This document shows positions 1-12,722 of a stretch of DNA of 64,000 nucleotides, piece by piece. The position numbers and the translations under genes were made by a program. Each line of letters starts with the position of its first letter. Positions within the stretch are counted from its first letter, which is position 1. Below the pieces are notes generated by a model. It had not been told where the DNA came from and ran no database searches. It was given only the letters and a program-made list of their open reading frames with translations. Source of the stretch: Tubiluchus corallicola. Its lineage: Eukaryota > Animalia > Priapulida. The DNA lies in NCBI GenBank assembly GCA_030141605.1, contig JAQGDQ010000006.1, forward strand, positions 372,001 to 436,000, given 5' to 3'.

Positions 1-280
1 GCAGCTAACATGACGATGGCTCCGCGGTGGCGCGGCAGTAAGCCTGTGACTTTTAAACAAGGAAAAACTTGTTGCATTCGATATTTGACAGCCGCTCAAT
101 TCGTTTCGTGGTGGAGTCGCTCTGGTTCTGCGTTACAAAAGTAATTATCTTTGATTAAAAATAATTGACGTGATGGTGTAATAACGATAAACAGCGCTTG
201 TGTGGCTATCAGGAAAATCAAAAGAAGACTGGCGTTTTACTGACAACAATCTACTGGTACTTTCTACACCAACGACTTTC

Positions 281-287
281 TGGCGCC
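281..287. promoter_or_regulatory. TGGCGCC (bre7-type BMP/Smad1/5 response motif) upstream of BAMBI
   Basis: Exact TGGCGCC in a GC-richer segment about 550 bp upstream of the BAMBI ATG; further GGCGCC copies lie in intron 1. Confidence 0.4.
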
Positions 288-835
288 GGCGGATTCGGGC
301 CGAATCGCGTCAGTGCTTGTTGGATTGTGCCGCCTTTCACTCCGCCTGTACCATTTTTACCTCCATCAACAAAACCAACATTTCCCTTATTATCCATTAG
401 TGTTGGCCCTAGTTAATAACCCGTAATAACCCTGCGTATTATGGTAAACCGGTTCGCGGCCCCGAAACGGCGCATCGAATCTCTTTGACTGACGTTAATG
501 TAGAAGCGTGAAGTGAAGAAGCTAGTGTGCAGTCAGTTGGACAAGTTGTGTTATCTGTTCGCTCCATCTTTCACAAATGGTAGCATCACTCATTCAGTTG
601 ACATCGGTTAAATAAACGTCGTGTTCCTGTACTGGTAGATGATTTTCGACTGATGGCTTAGCTTCAGCGTCAGAAATTTTCACGTTTCGGCGAGGATAAT
701 TCGGGCTAGTTGTTTCCGTGATGACCACTCTATCTTGGTTATATTGGGACAAATGAAAATTGCTATGCAGGACACAAGTACATAACGTATTTAGCTTTAG
801 CCTTTAATACGTAGAATCCAGTGTTTTATCCTAGG

Positions 836-914
836 ATGGATTACTTGCCGAAATTATCAGTTTTAGTCTTCCAAATTTTCGTTATATGGGTGTCGTGGAT
901 AGCGTCAATACGAG
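836..914 (+). CDS. BAMBI: BAMBI exon 1 (signal peptide); gene model 836-914, 10465-10785, 12258-12682 = 825 nt, 274 aa
   Basis: ATG at 836 gives MDYLPKLSVLVFQIFVIWVSWIASIR (hydrophobic signal peptide), followed by donor G|gtaatg. Phase 1 joins exon 2 in frame. Not in the ORF track. Confidence 0.75.
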
Positions 915-3900
915 GTAATGATTTATACGCATTAATTATTTAGTGATTAAAGTTAATATTAAAATTTCTATATGTAATACAGTGAGGACAATGCGGTTGC
1001 GTCAGCACGAGTATGGAGTATTTCATACTATTAAGCCAATAATATGACTACGTCCATCCAGAGTTCAACTGCCATGCCCGATAATTCGTGAAAGAGCTTA
1101 TCATGCATGTTTATAGAATGATTACTGTGATTCTTTGCTTAAAACTATCATCATCAAAAGTCAGAAACGTCGGATGGACTAGCTTTTATAGCACTTAGTT
1201 ATGAATATTGAAGCGTTAATTAGTTTGGATCTCACTTGGATATACTTGTATATAATTATAATTATGGGTATCAGTGTGTCATATAAATATTTTTGTCTTT
1301 AATGTTATTAATAGATAAATTTTCACTTCAAATGACTTCTGTCGTTACACTGGCATTAGTATGCTTTGTATTATAATTATGTACAATTTATTTACATAAA
1401 AAATAACCCTTCAGAATTCCATGCCACAACTGTTTCTGTCTAATTATTATTATTATATTACTTTTATTATTATTATTATTATAAAAATATCAGCCAGCAT
1501 CTACTTAAGCAAAAACATGGCTTTTATTCAGACATAACATCTGCAACGTTTCGACATATTCACGCAACAATCCACCTAGATAAAATTATAGTGTAAAAAA
1601 CAAAAATTAACATTGTGACAAGCAAACAAGACAAATACTAAATTGAAACATATACGTTAACCTCACTTGAATTCTATTGTGGCCGTTTATTAGGTCTAAG
1701 CACGTTTTAACTCTGCGCGCTAACGTTTTAGCTCTAGGCCTATTTATATAGGCCGACTACAGCTGATATTTAATTGTTTACTGATCTAATTCTGATTGAT
1801 AGATTTATATTATAGTTTGTGGGCCGACCTGTACTGTGGTCAGATGCAGTATAGTTCTATCTTTCATTCGCTGTTTGTTTGATCAGCATGTAAATAAACT
1901 AAAAGTCAGACCTGCCGAGTGGCAGCAGACTGTCAGCCATTTACTGGCGCTATACGATATGAGATTTTGCACCGAAATCGACAGGGGGTAGAGCGGCTAA
2001 ACTGCCAAGGAAAACCAAAATATCCTCACCATAATTCAAGCAGCATGCCAAGCCTATACTGTTTCCAGTTTTCCTCGATGAGTACGCTCAAAGTTACCAA
2101 AATTATTTAGCGCCCGGAATTCGCTCTTTTATTGGTCCTCTAATAAAAAATTTGATCTACGTGTTTTTGAAATGCGCTACGCTTTAGTGTACAGAGTTAA
2201 ATCAACGAATAAATTAGCTTAAAGTGAGAGCTTATTAACGGGATACATTTCAAATCATTAGTATTGTACAATCTACCTAACTGTCTTGGTGTCGCCTTCT
2301 AATGTTTCCCAAGCAAGTATTTGTATGTATGCTTTACTTTAGCTTATATAAATCTATACATTCCACAATTAAACAAATATTGTACGCATAATTATTTTAA
2401 CAATACACTATAGCTACATACACATTGCTGTCCTAGTGTCGTGAAAACACGGTATAACTATAGTATTTCACTATGGCACGACACATGACTATCGCTGTTT
2501 CATGTAAGTACAAAGTACAGTATACGCTTATTTTTAAATTGCTGTATTTGCAAAACTACCGATGTGGAAAGAAGCATCGTTGTATATTTTTCAATGTACA
2601 TGTATATATGTATACCAGCTCAAAATACGTTCTTAATGTAGTACGTACTGTGTAATAAAAATAATCTCATATGTCATCAAAGCATATTATTGCCTTTGCG
2701 GTAATCTTATACCTGTAAAATAAATCGTGACGACAAATAAAAATAGGGCAAAACTGGTCCACCTAGAATCCTAGACTGACTAAATTGATGTTGATGCGTG
2801 TTGGACATCATTTTAGTGTATAGAAACGTTATTATAATAATGATGATTCTAACATGCACAGTAAGACATAAACATATGCACAGTAAGACATATGTAGTGT
2901 CTGCTTAACCGTATATGCAGCTTTCATAATAATTGTGCGTTGAAACAGAATACTTCCAGATTCCTTAACACTCATGGTTGCATGTTTTCCCTCCCTTCGT
3001 GTCATCACTTCAGCCAGTATGAATGAATTGTGCATAAGCGTCATGTAAGAGAGCAAAAAACCAGGATGGGGCTATAAAAATCAAAACAACAGTTGTCGTT
3101 CATGTCAGAACGTAAGGAAAGCTTGTAAACGAGATTTCATTGCGGTCTGTTCTCAGGCGCCGGCATTACTGGCAAGCATATTCTGTTTTATTTCAGTGAT
3201 CACCAGGCACAGACACTTAAACTAGTGCTTCTGAATGTTGTCTTTTACCTTCGCTGATGTTTTCATGTGAGGAAAACGGGTGGGAACTTTCTGGGGAAGG
3301 GAAGTTGATATTGCGTTAGCCACTAGAAAGCCGCGACTAGTGGTTATCAGAATAATCCAGATTGAAAATGGATTTCTGCAGTAAATGATTTACTATTAAA
3401 TAAAACATGCACATACAGTATTAGGGATGGTTTTAGGTAGTTGTCATATTGCTTGTTGGGTTCAAAAGTCTGTCCTAGAGCATATACGACTGCTGATCAG
3501 AAGTTCTGCGCAACTGTGCATTCATTTAACTAACGTTTTTCATTTTCAATAAGTTCTTTTCATTTCGAGTTAGCGAATTATTCTGCAACCATTGAGGCGT
3601 GTCCATACAAAGCAAGTAAATTAGATATGGCTTTAATAAAAAAACACTTCAATACAGGTAAATTGAGTCTGCCACAACCATTTAATAACTTTTTACTAGA
3701 TATGTGCTTTTTTGTCATTGTCTTGTGGTTATTGTTATGTCACGGTTTGTCAAAATTTTTTTCCTCCTGTAATACACAGTCTGTATATATAGCTTGCAAT
3801 TTTCTCCCTTAGTTTTTGGCTAAATTGTCTATAGTTTTTTCCACATTGTTTAAAAGTTTATTGTACATGACGTTTATTCAAGTTAAAATAACTATGAATT

Positions 3901-6900
3901 TTATTTTTATTTTTCACAAGTTGCTGCTCAGTGTAATCATATTGTGTAATTATACATAGAGAGACTTTTTCACATTGTTAATTTATTAGAAAAATACAAA
4001 ACGAAACCACATTTTGATCAGCAGTCAATCAGTAATATAGTTGATTGACCGAATATAAAATTTAGTAGTAATTTATGAATTCTTTAAAGTTTACTTAAAT
4101 GCTATGTGAAGTTCGTTGTTCGTTTTCTCAAATTTTGGAAAAAAATTTCTGACGTTGGTTTTTCGGAATGGTTTTGGCAATACAAATGATTTACAAAAAA
4201 TTCTATCTATTATATTGTATAACTTTGCTCTTTTATCATAGGATACTGTGATACTACTAAAATATTTTTATTATCGAAAGTGGAAAAAAGATGTAAATTA
4301 GATAGTTGTGTTAACAGTACTTTCAGTATACTACTGTTCTTTCACTGCTGTACTACTATCATACATTTGGTACAGTCCATCAAGCTGATTATTTCTTGCG
4401 TATAACACAGTTTAAGAGGATGAACCATTGTTTGTTCTCGGTCGGGTAGCTCCTACTTAAGGGCTCTGACATTGGCTGGAAGAAAAAATGTTATTTGTGG
4501 AACAATAGCAGAAGGGCACTCTATTCTGCAGGTGATTTGCGTAACCATTGCGCGAATACCCGCATTTAAAAGATGGGAAAAGTAAATTTGAAGCAATGGC
4601 GTTAGTATACTATATTTACTAAATACGCGCACTTGAATATTGTGCGCCAGATTTTATATCTGTTAAGTCTAATTATTTAATGTACATTAATTAATAATTC
4701 TAAGACAGCATTTTATTAATCCATTTTAGTTGATATTAATTTTGCTTCTTGTTAACTCTGAATTTGATAAAGAGCGTTTCGCATTGATTTGTTTTTTAAC
4801 TTTGTATTAGGTGCACAATGTACTTATTTATCTCTAGTTGGACCTGTATGGGTTGCAGGTGGATATAACCTGAAAGGAGGTTGAGACGACCTTCATTAAA
4901 GCTGATGGAGAAACGTTAATATTTTTCATTTATGTTTGCTTTAGAACTAACTTGCAACGTGGACAAAATAACATAAAAAATCGCATCAGTTCGGTAAACA
5001 TACTTCTCTATTATTAAGATTCTAGAATTATCGAAATAGTAAAATCTGATCAGTTCTCTTTAATTTGAGGTGATAGCATATAGTGTTTTTCCTTAGCATT
5101 TTATAGAATATATATTATATGTCTTGTAAAAGAGATAATCCTATCACTGATTAAAAAAATAGATTAAATCCCCAACTGACCCTCGTCGCAGTGTGGATCG
5201 CAGAGCTGTCATGTGCCAAATGGATGCTTTCCGTGTTGCAGACGTGATTGACAAGTTGCAGAACGCTTTTAGTTTATACATTTTACTGCCATTATGTACA
5301 ATATTTATCATTCTCGGCAACGCAACCAGACACGGTTTTGTCTAACTACGTGTTATCTGCGCTAGTGGAGCTTTGATATCGTCGTGTGGGACCCCAGCAG
5401 AATCGAATCTGGGTTTATGCACAAAGCAGCCGGCGAGGAAACACACAGAAGGGCAGGAAATATAAAACTGACGACGCGATTTTTATGAGAGTATGCAGGA
5501 GAATAAATGGTGGCGTGTCACTGCGTGTTTTATATAACAGAGTCAGACGGTGTATATGCGCCGGTACATATATATTGGAAAATTTAGTTCTCGTACATTT
5601 TTGGTCACATTGTCATTCTGTAAAGTCACGGCAAAGTTTATTTTTCATAAGCACGTTCTAATGGACTTGCACGACAAAAGAATGTTCTCAGGCAATGCTC
5701 AGCAAATTACTTAAATTAAGTAAATGGATAAGTCCGAATGCGTCTAACCTACTTTTGAATTCTGAGTTCTGTTTTACTGACTTTGGTATTCACTGTTATT
5801 AGAAAGAAGTAAGATTCTTGTTTCCGAATTTTCCGACTCATTTTTTTACCTATATAGTTATCTGTAAAGATTACTAACAGTACATTTTGTGCATACATTG
5901 CGTTGTATTGTTTTTGTATATTTTTTAATTCCTTTAACAATTAACTTAGTGATTGTGTTGGAAATTAGCCAATTTCGAGAGCTTTACATTTCTAACTCAA
6001 GGTAAAAACTATAATTTAATAGCGTTTTAGCAAGAAAGCTGATATTGAATCAAAATGACGTATTTTTCTAACGCTCATTTCATCCAAAACTTTCGTATTT
6101 CCTTTTTGAGTCCAACTATTGTATGTATAGTTTTTATAGTATTTATTGTAACTTAATATCGTCTTGAAATATTTTTGACGGCCACAGTGTTATGTATTGC
6201 AATTACAGAAACACACCATGTCTGCTGATGTTGAAAAGGTTACTGTTACTATAGGTTTGTTACCGTGTTTTATATTATTTTTGCAACGTATTGATACTAT
6301 TGAATATAACCAGGACACAGGTATCACGGGAGGACCTGTTACCGAAGTTTGTGTATGCCTACCAATTAGAACGATAGCTAAAGAGTAAGGATAAGTAAGA
6401 AATGTGAAAGCATAGCGTAAAGCTCTTAAATGTTTCAACATTGACAGAAACAAACAATTTATTCTAACTGATTGCGGCCAGCAGTTCAAGGAATGCGCAA
6501 AATGGGTAAGGTTTCAAGAAGAGAAGCCAAGCGGGAGGGTGTTCCCATGACAACAGGCAGAATCGTTGCATCTTCAAGTAGTTTTGGTTTAAAAACTGAA
6601 TGTTAAAAATGAAGTTTAAGCTATATGGCAAATTAAAGTTTTTTGTTGTGTTCATAAAAACGTCCTAGTAACTTTGGAAAACGTAATCAACTACTGTAAA
6701 CGCTAGGAGTTTTGCTTTCTGTAACAAAAGCTTGCACGGCGATGCACGCGGCACATGCATGTAACTGTTGATGGACGAGGTGCAACCAGCGCCTGCCAGT
6801 GTATTTAATGTCAGTACCATTGATATAAATTTTCTGCTCCCTGCGCATTGATACATACCAACTACAATGCTTCATTCACTATATTCTCTGAATACATTGT

Positions 6901-9900
6901 AATGAATATTTTATCCACAGATTCATTAGATACGTTTGGCGCCTTTAGAGAATGCAGTGCAGGGTTTATAGCCAGCAGGGCCAATAACAATTTCGACTAG
7001 TACATTCAATAAAACCCTCTTGTGAATCCTTCAATAGTGGAGCCCTAATATTGTTAAGCTAACAAAAATTGGATTTTGTAATGGCCGGCGTCAGTGGTTT
7101 CTGATGGCTAGACTTTGTGCCTAGGATTCATTGCTGGATTTCGTTCACTGCTGCAATGTTCGATTCTGTGTCTCCAATGACGTAAATTCATGAATTCTTG
7201 AGGAAGAAGTAGTCAAGTAAACTCGTAAAATCTTAAGTGTTCCTACACAGTTGATTATAATAGATGAAAAAAATTTATTCTTTTGTATCTTTATTCGGAT
7301 TTTTACTTAATGTCCGTAATTTAATAGGTATTTTGCTGTGTTCGCGTGCGCGTGTGTGTAACAACAAGACGTAAAAATTGATCCATTTGTGAAGTGTTGA
7401 AGACGGTTGTGTAGCTGGTCATCCTTTAACCAGCTGTCATTTGACCAGTGGCCGTTTGTCCAGTGGTTTTTTGACAGCTCACCGTGCAACATATGCTATT
7501 ACAGGCATGTAGCAGTATGCAACTGCTTCTATTAATTCATTTGCCTCTCGACCCACTGCCCTCTCTTCCTTTCTTAGATTCTGTCGCGATTTAGAAAGAA
7601 ACGCTGACGTTTAAACCTCTAATTTTGTATCTTATTCTTGAAGATAACTGAGTACCTCACTAATTTTTTCCACTATTTGCTACTACAACTTACTATATAA
7701 ACAATTATAGGTGGAAGCACTTGAGAAGAGGAGATGGATATACAGTCATCCATGTAAATGAAATTTTCTCAAATATCTGTTATACCCACGATGCTCAGCA
7801 TAAAGTTTTTCGCTATTTTTTGCATTTTAATGATCAGTAGCTAATGCGAAGCACGGCCGATGTTCTATGTTTGAAACGTATTTGACAGGCTGACAATAGG
7901 AATCCTTAAAATTTAATTTTCAAATATAGATTTATTAGTACTTTAAGTTGCTGCAGTTGCATGTAGACGCGCTTATTCACCTGAGGACATTGCGCTTTTA
8001 AATAAGGTCATAAGATATTTACTGGCGCCATGTCAATGAACAAAGCGCTTTATGGACCAGTAGACTTTTCGCAGAAGTCACATTTTAAAAACAATAAATT
8101 GTCACAACTGTCGAAGTTTTATTTTGTATAAGACATAATTTAATAAATCTCCAAATGTTGTTAAAAAGAATTAATTTGCTTTGCATGATCAATATAAGTA
8201 GGCTTACAAATTTGTTATTATGCGGGTCATTATTTTTTGTTCATTTTTGATACTGGACCTGAAGTTGTGAAATGTAATGATAATTATTCAGGGTATCACT
8301 CAGAAATCTCTGTACACTTTATATTTTCTGCTTTCAATAAACAAAGCAACTTTTAGCCAAATTAGACGAAACTACCACACTAGTAGGCGCTTGCTACCTT
8401 CTTCAGGAACCTCAACAACCTCGGAGACCAAGAAGGATATCTCGCATTGGGAAAGTCTCTCACAGTCCATGAGTTGTAAGGAAGGGTTGCATCTTGTTGA
8501 AAAAACTGCTTTGTTAATAGTAAAAAAATAGCGTAGTGCATGTTGTGCTCTGAATTTATGCCAACTTCAGTTGGTGATCGAAGGGCCTCGTGCAGTGCCA
8601 GGCTGATTTTGCACCTCATTTCTGACGTTACTGTCTCCCCAAAGCATCAAAGGCCCCTTTTTATTTATTGTAAGAGCTTACTGAGTTTGGAGAGAAGTTC
8701 AAAAAGAAAATTAGAAATCAAATTGTATACTGTATAGTGACTTTTGAGGTACCCTATATATGTACACCACTTACATATAGAATATCAGTAATCAAAGTTT
8801 AGGGCACATTTCCGGCTCATTAACAGCCAGAAATGAGGCAGCTGCTTCAACGAATTTGCTCTGTCCGAAATTACTGTCCGACAGATGCAGTTGGCTTAAC
8901 TGGCTAGTCTCGTTGTAGGGAAAGCGTCTGGTCAAGAAACGTAACTAGCGAACCGTGGGTTTTGGACAGATACAGTACAAATAGTGCGTACAGTATTTGT
9001 TAGAAAAAAGACTGTTACAGAAAACTAATTGAAGTCAACACAATATGATTTTGTGGGTTTTAGTAGCATCAATGTGACGAAAAATATTCGCCTAACATTT
9101 CAACTCCTTGCAAGTGTCGGGAACATGCAGAGCGATCCTGTTGCAACAATTTCAAATGCAGCTTTGTGGATTTGTGTGATCAGAGCAAATGTAGATCAAA
9201 TTTTTGCAAAATTCCGCAGGTATTACAAAAAGCTGCGCAGATTCTGTGTTGGCGGCACTATTGTTTTTGTAGCTTCATTACGTCTAGACTGTCTATTCAG
9301 CAGCAGATAATCGGTCAAATTATCCTTTGGTCAGTTAATACCCTTAATGGTCATTCTACAGTACTGGTTGTTTGAATTAAGGCACGCGCATTTGTTCACT
9401 GGACAGCAGATGAGGGGTGGAGGTGTGGCGGATGCAACGCTGTTATAATGACATCATGGCCAATAATTGATTGTCGTCTGGCCACACTGGTGCCAGTGAC
9501 AGCTGTCACAGGGGTTATTAACAGACCAATTGCAACTGGCGGTGTCGTCGAAAAAACAGGAAACATAGCAAGTGCCCGTCTTATATATAATATCAGTGTT
9601 CACTTCAAGTTTTATTTATATTTTCATTATAACGGTTATGGTTTAGTGTGATTATCGTCGTTATCGATAATTTATTATCTATTTAGACGTATTTTAAAAA
9701 TGTAAATTTTATTTAAAAAATTCCTAAATTTTTTAGTTTCCCACAAAAGTCACTTTACGCACTTTTAAAATTTAGCCGCAAACAAAAATAAAAGCTTGTG
9801 GAAAAATGAAACTAATATTCCTTCCTTGCCCCACTGTGCCAAGGCTTACTTTATGTCATAGATCTGATTTAATTTCGTACAAGTTTAAAGTCGGTCATTG

Positions 9901-10464
9901 ATCAGACAATTTCTTCACATAAGAAAAGGCGCCTAGTTGCTGACTCGCTGGTTATCGATTGTAAATTAATCGTCTGAAGTTATCTAAATGAGCCTGTAGG
10001 TTACAAAAGCATAGCTAGCTATATTTATGTACTGGTATATACGCAAATAGGATAACATTTTAGTGAATAAACAACGTGTCATTTAAACTTGATCCATCAA
10101 AACAGACGTTTCAGCGTTATATATTATCTCAAAATTATTCGCTATCTTTTAGTTAAACAAGTTGGAGTGTTAAATTTCATAATTATTTATCTGTATATTA
10201 CTTACGGCTTTCAATAAAGGGGGCGGAAAAACTGATAATTAGTGTTCAAAATTCCTTTCCTCTAGACGAGCTCTTTCTGGTGATTTTTTCTTTAGTCCTA
10301 TAATTTGTATGTATTATCAAACACGTTTTACGTAATAACAGCTAGCAGTTTAAATTCTGACTATGAAAAATCTTTCTGCTTGTTGAAAAAGACTTTATCT
10401 GTTATTGCGTTTTAATAATGGCCGCTTTTATTTAAGTAAAGTGAAACATTTTGTTTTCTTGCAG

Positions 10465-10785
10465 CCGAGCTAAGATGCTACTGCAACCTATCTGACTGCG
10501 TTTCTGAGGGTTACATGTGCAAGACCAAGACGAGTAAAGGAGCCTGTTTCACAAAAACTGAGAATGAAATGGGATTGACAGTACACGAGCACGGATGCAG
10601 TGATGACAGCAGGCCCTCGTGGATGAAGAATATAGACAATGTGTGCAGCAAGAAATATCGATCTCGCCATAAAGAAGGCAAATGGCCAAAATTAGTGTGC
10701 TGCAAAAAAGATATGTGCAATGATTATAAAGACAGTGTAGAATTAAGACTACAGGAATTGGACAGTCCTGCAACAAATAAAACGA
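10465..10785 (+). CDS. BAMBI: BAMBI exon 2 (10-Cys activin-receptor-like ectodomain)
   Basis: Acceptor ttttcttgcag|; reads ELRCYCNLSDCVSEGYMCK..GACF..HGC..VC..CCKKDMCN, matching the BAMBI EIRCYC..C...GYMCK...CC..DMCN pattern; donor A|gtaagt. Confidence 0.93.
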
Positions 10786-12257
10786 GTAAGTATGACACTG
10801 ATATCGTTTTTTGTGTTAACTTGGGTCAGTCAGTTAATAAAAATCGCTTTAGAATAATGTATCCAATACGTTTAAGTCATAGTGTATCGGAAAATGTTGA
10901 AAACGGCTGGAAGAGTTGCCGAAAGATTCTGAGACTTCTGTTTTTTTATAAGAAATTTCGAAACCCGTATTAATTTATTATCCAGTTTTATTACTTCTCT
11001 GTATTCATTGACGTGTCAGTAAGTTTAAACAACGAGCACAAAACATTGCTAGTTAGTATGTTTTACCAAGTCAAACTTTTACCATTGAGTCGTTGGATCA
11101 TTTTTAGAAGCAAAGCAGTAAACGCGGACTTTTCCCATTACTACTTGCACTAACCTTTTGCAAACAACTTTCGCAATATTTTGTGCAAGGGAAACTTGAG
11201 GGTGTATTACTTCTAAGTCTTGAATCAACGAAAAACATATTTGCGTTTGACATGGTGCGCTTACTAGCGTTCAAAACTGTTTGGCTTGTTGAGTCATTTG
11301 AGTGCATTAGGCAGTATTTTGAATGCCATCAGACGTCGTTCGAACAAAATGTGTGCAAACATTGACACAATAGATGGCGGCCGCTTGCCATGTTTCGCCT
11401 TGTTAGCTAAGTAAACAGGCCCACATGCTGCAGGCGGTGCAGGTTTCCGTGGCATTTTTCACATCTCCATGCAGGCGAGAACATTTTACTATCTGACTTA
11501 ATTGTAACTTGCTATGCCATAACTAGCGTATAGCCTACACTACTGTAAAATGACTACCTTTCGTTATCAACAATAAAATTACATAGATTTCGATTTAATG
11601 GCTGCCTGATATGGCACTGATAAGCTATCAATCAACCTATCACCAGCCGCGCGCGTGGTTAAATCTGTAAATTTGCACAGTGAACACAGTTTAAGCTATT
11701 AAAACAAATTGAAAGCAGTGAATACTCAATTTTTATCAGTTATGAATCGAATGAATAATGCTACACAAGTCTGATCATCACCAGTTGCTGCTGAATACCT
11801 AAATTTCTAAAATTTTACGTAACTTTTGCTTTAGAAGAGCTCTTAATTGTTTGTTAAGCAGAATGACCTCGCGTTGCTCGAGACAATGATTATTTGTATT
11901 TCATAATTTCAGATTTCAATAAAACAACAAATTCATAATTCTGTGTCATATTTTTAAAGAATCTGTTTAAACAAGGTGACTACATATGTGTAAGTCCAAG
12001 ACTAGCGTTTTTAGTAATCCATTCGAGTAAATTCTATGCACGCTGATAGATTTTAATGTTAATTTTCATGTTATCCTCGTTTGTAATGTACACTTTCCCA
12101 TAATTTATGAAGGTGGTGTTCCGGTTTTGGTAGTTTCTTTCTTGCTATACATTAAGCAAATGGAAACCTTTGAAATTACTGTCATTAACCATTATGTATC
12201 CTCATCGCGATGTACATTTTGAACCGGAAGATTATTTTTTCCGTTTTTCCTTTTTAG

Positions 12258-12682
12258 GGACGACTCCGACTGCTCCTAAGACAGAAATCGACCCAAACGA
12301 TTTATGGTTCAAAGCTGCTGTTATTGCTGTGCCTATTGCTGGCGCCTGTATATTAGTGCTACTCATACTGCTAGCTGTTCGAATGTTGAGGAAGGACAGT
12401 CGCAGACACATGCAACTGTTGCAGTTACGGCGACAAAGGGCGCAACTATTCGTCAGTGATCATCTTGATTATTTTCCTACCGAAAAGGTGGAGAACATTG
12501 TAAAGCTAAACAAGCAAAACCATATGTATAGAAATGTAAATATAGTCGCCCAGAATATGCCCACTCAAAACGAGAAACCTCTGAACGACAAAACAAATCT
12601 CGATAATATTTATTCATCAGTTTTAGTGTGGGGAAATGCAATTAACGATGAAAAGGGCAGGTCTATTCCAGAACTTTTATAA
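12258..12682 (+). CDS. BAMBI: BAMBI exon 3 (TM helix and short kinase-less cytoplasmic tail)
   Basis: Acceptor cctttttag|; LWFKAAVIAVPIAGACILVLLILLAVRMLR is the diagnostic BAMBI transmembrane segment; stop TAA at 12680-12682. Confidence 0.95.
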
Positions 12683-12698
12683 TGTTTGTTAGAGTCTT

Positions 12699-12722
12699 TA
12701 TATATATATATATATATATATA
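12699..12722. repeat. (TA)n microsatellite in the BAMBI 3' UTR
   Basis: Direct read, just after the stop codon. Confidence 0.9.

Noticed and set aside
18-90. tRNA-Lys-like segment (ggtggcgcggcag...gacttttaa)
   Set aside because: No convincing T-arm/B-box or acceptor stem pairing.
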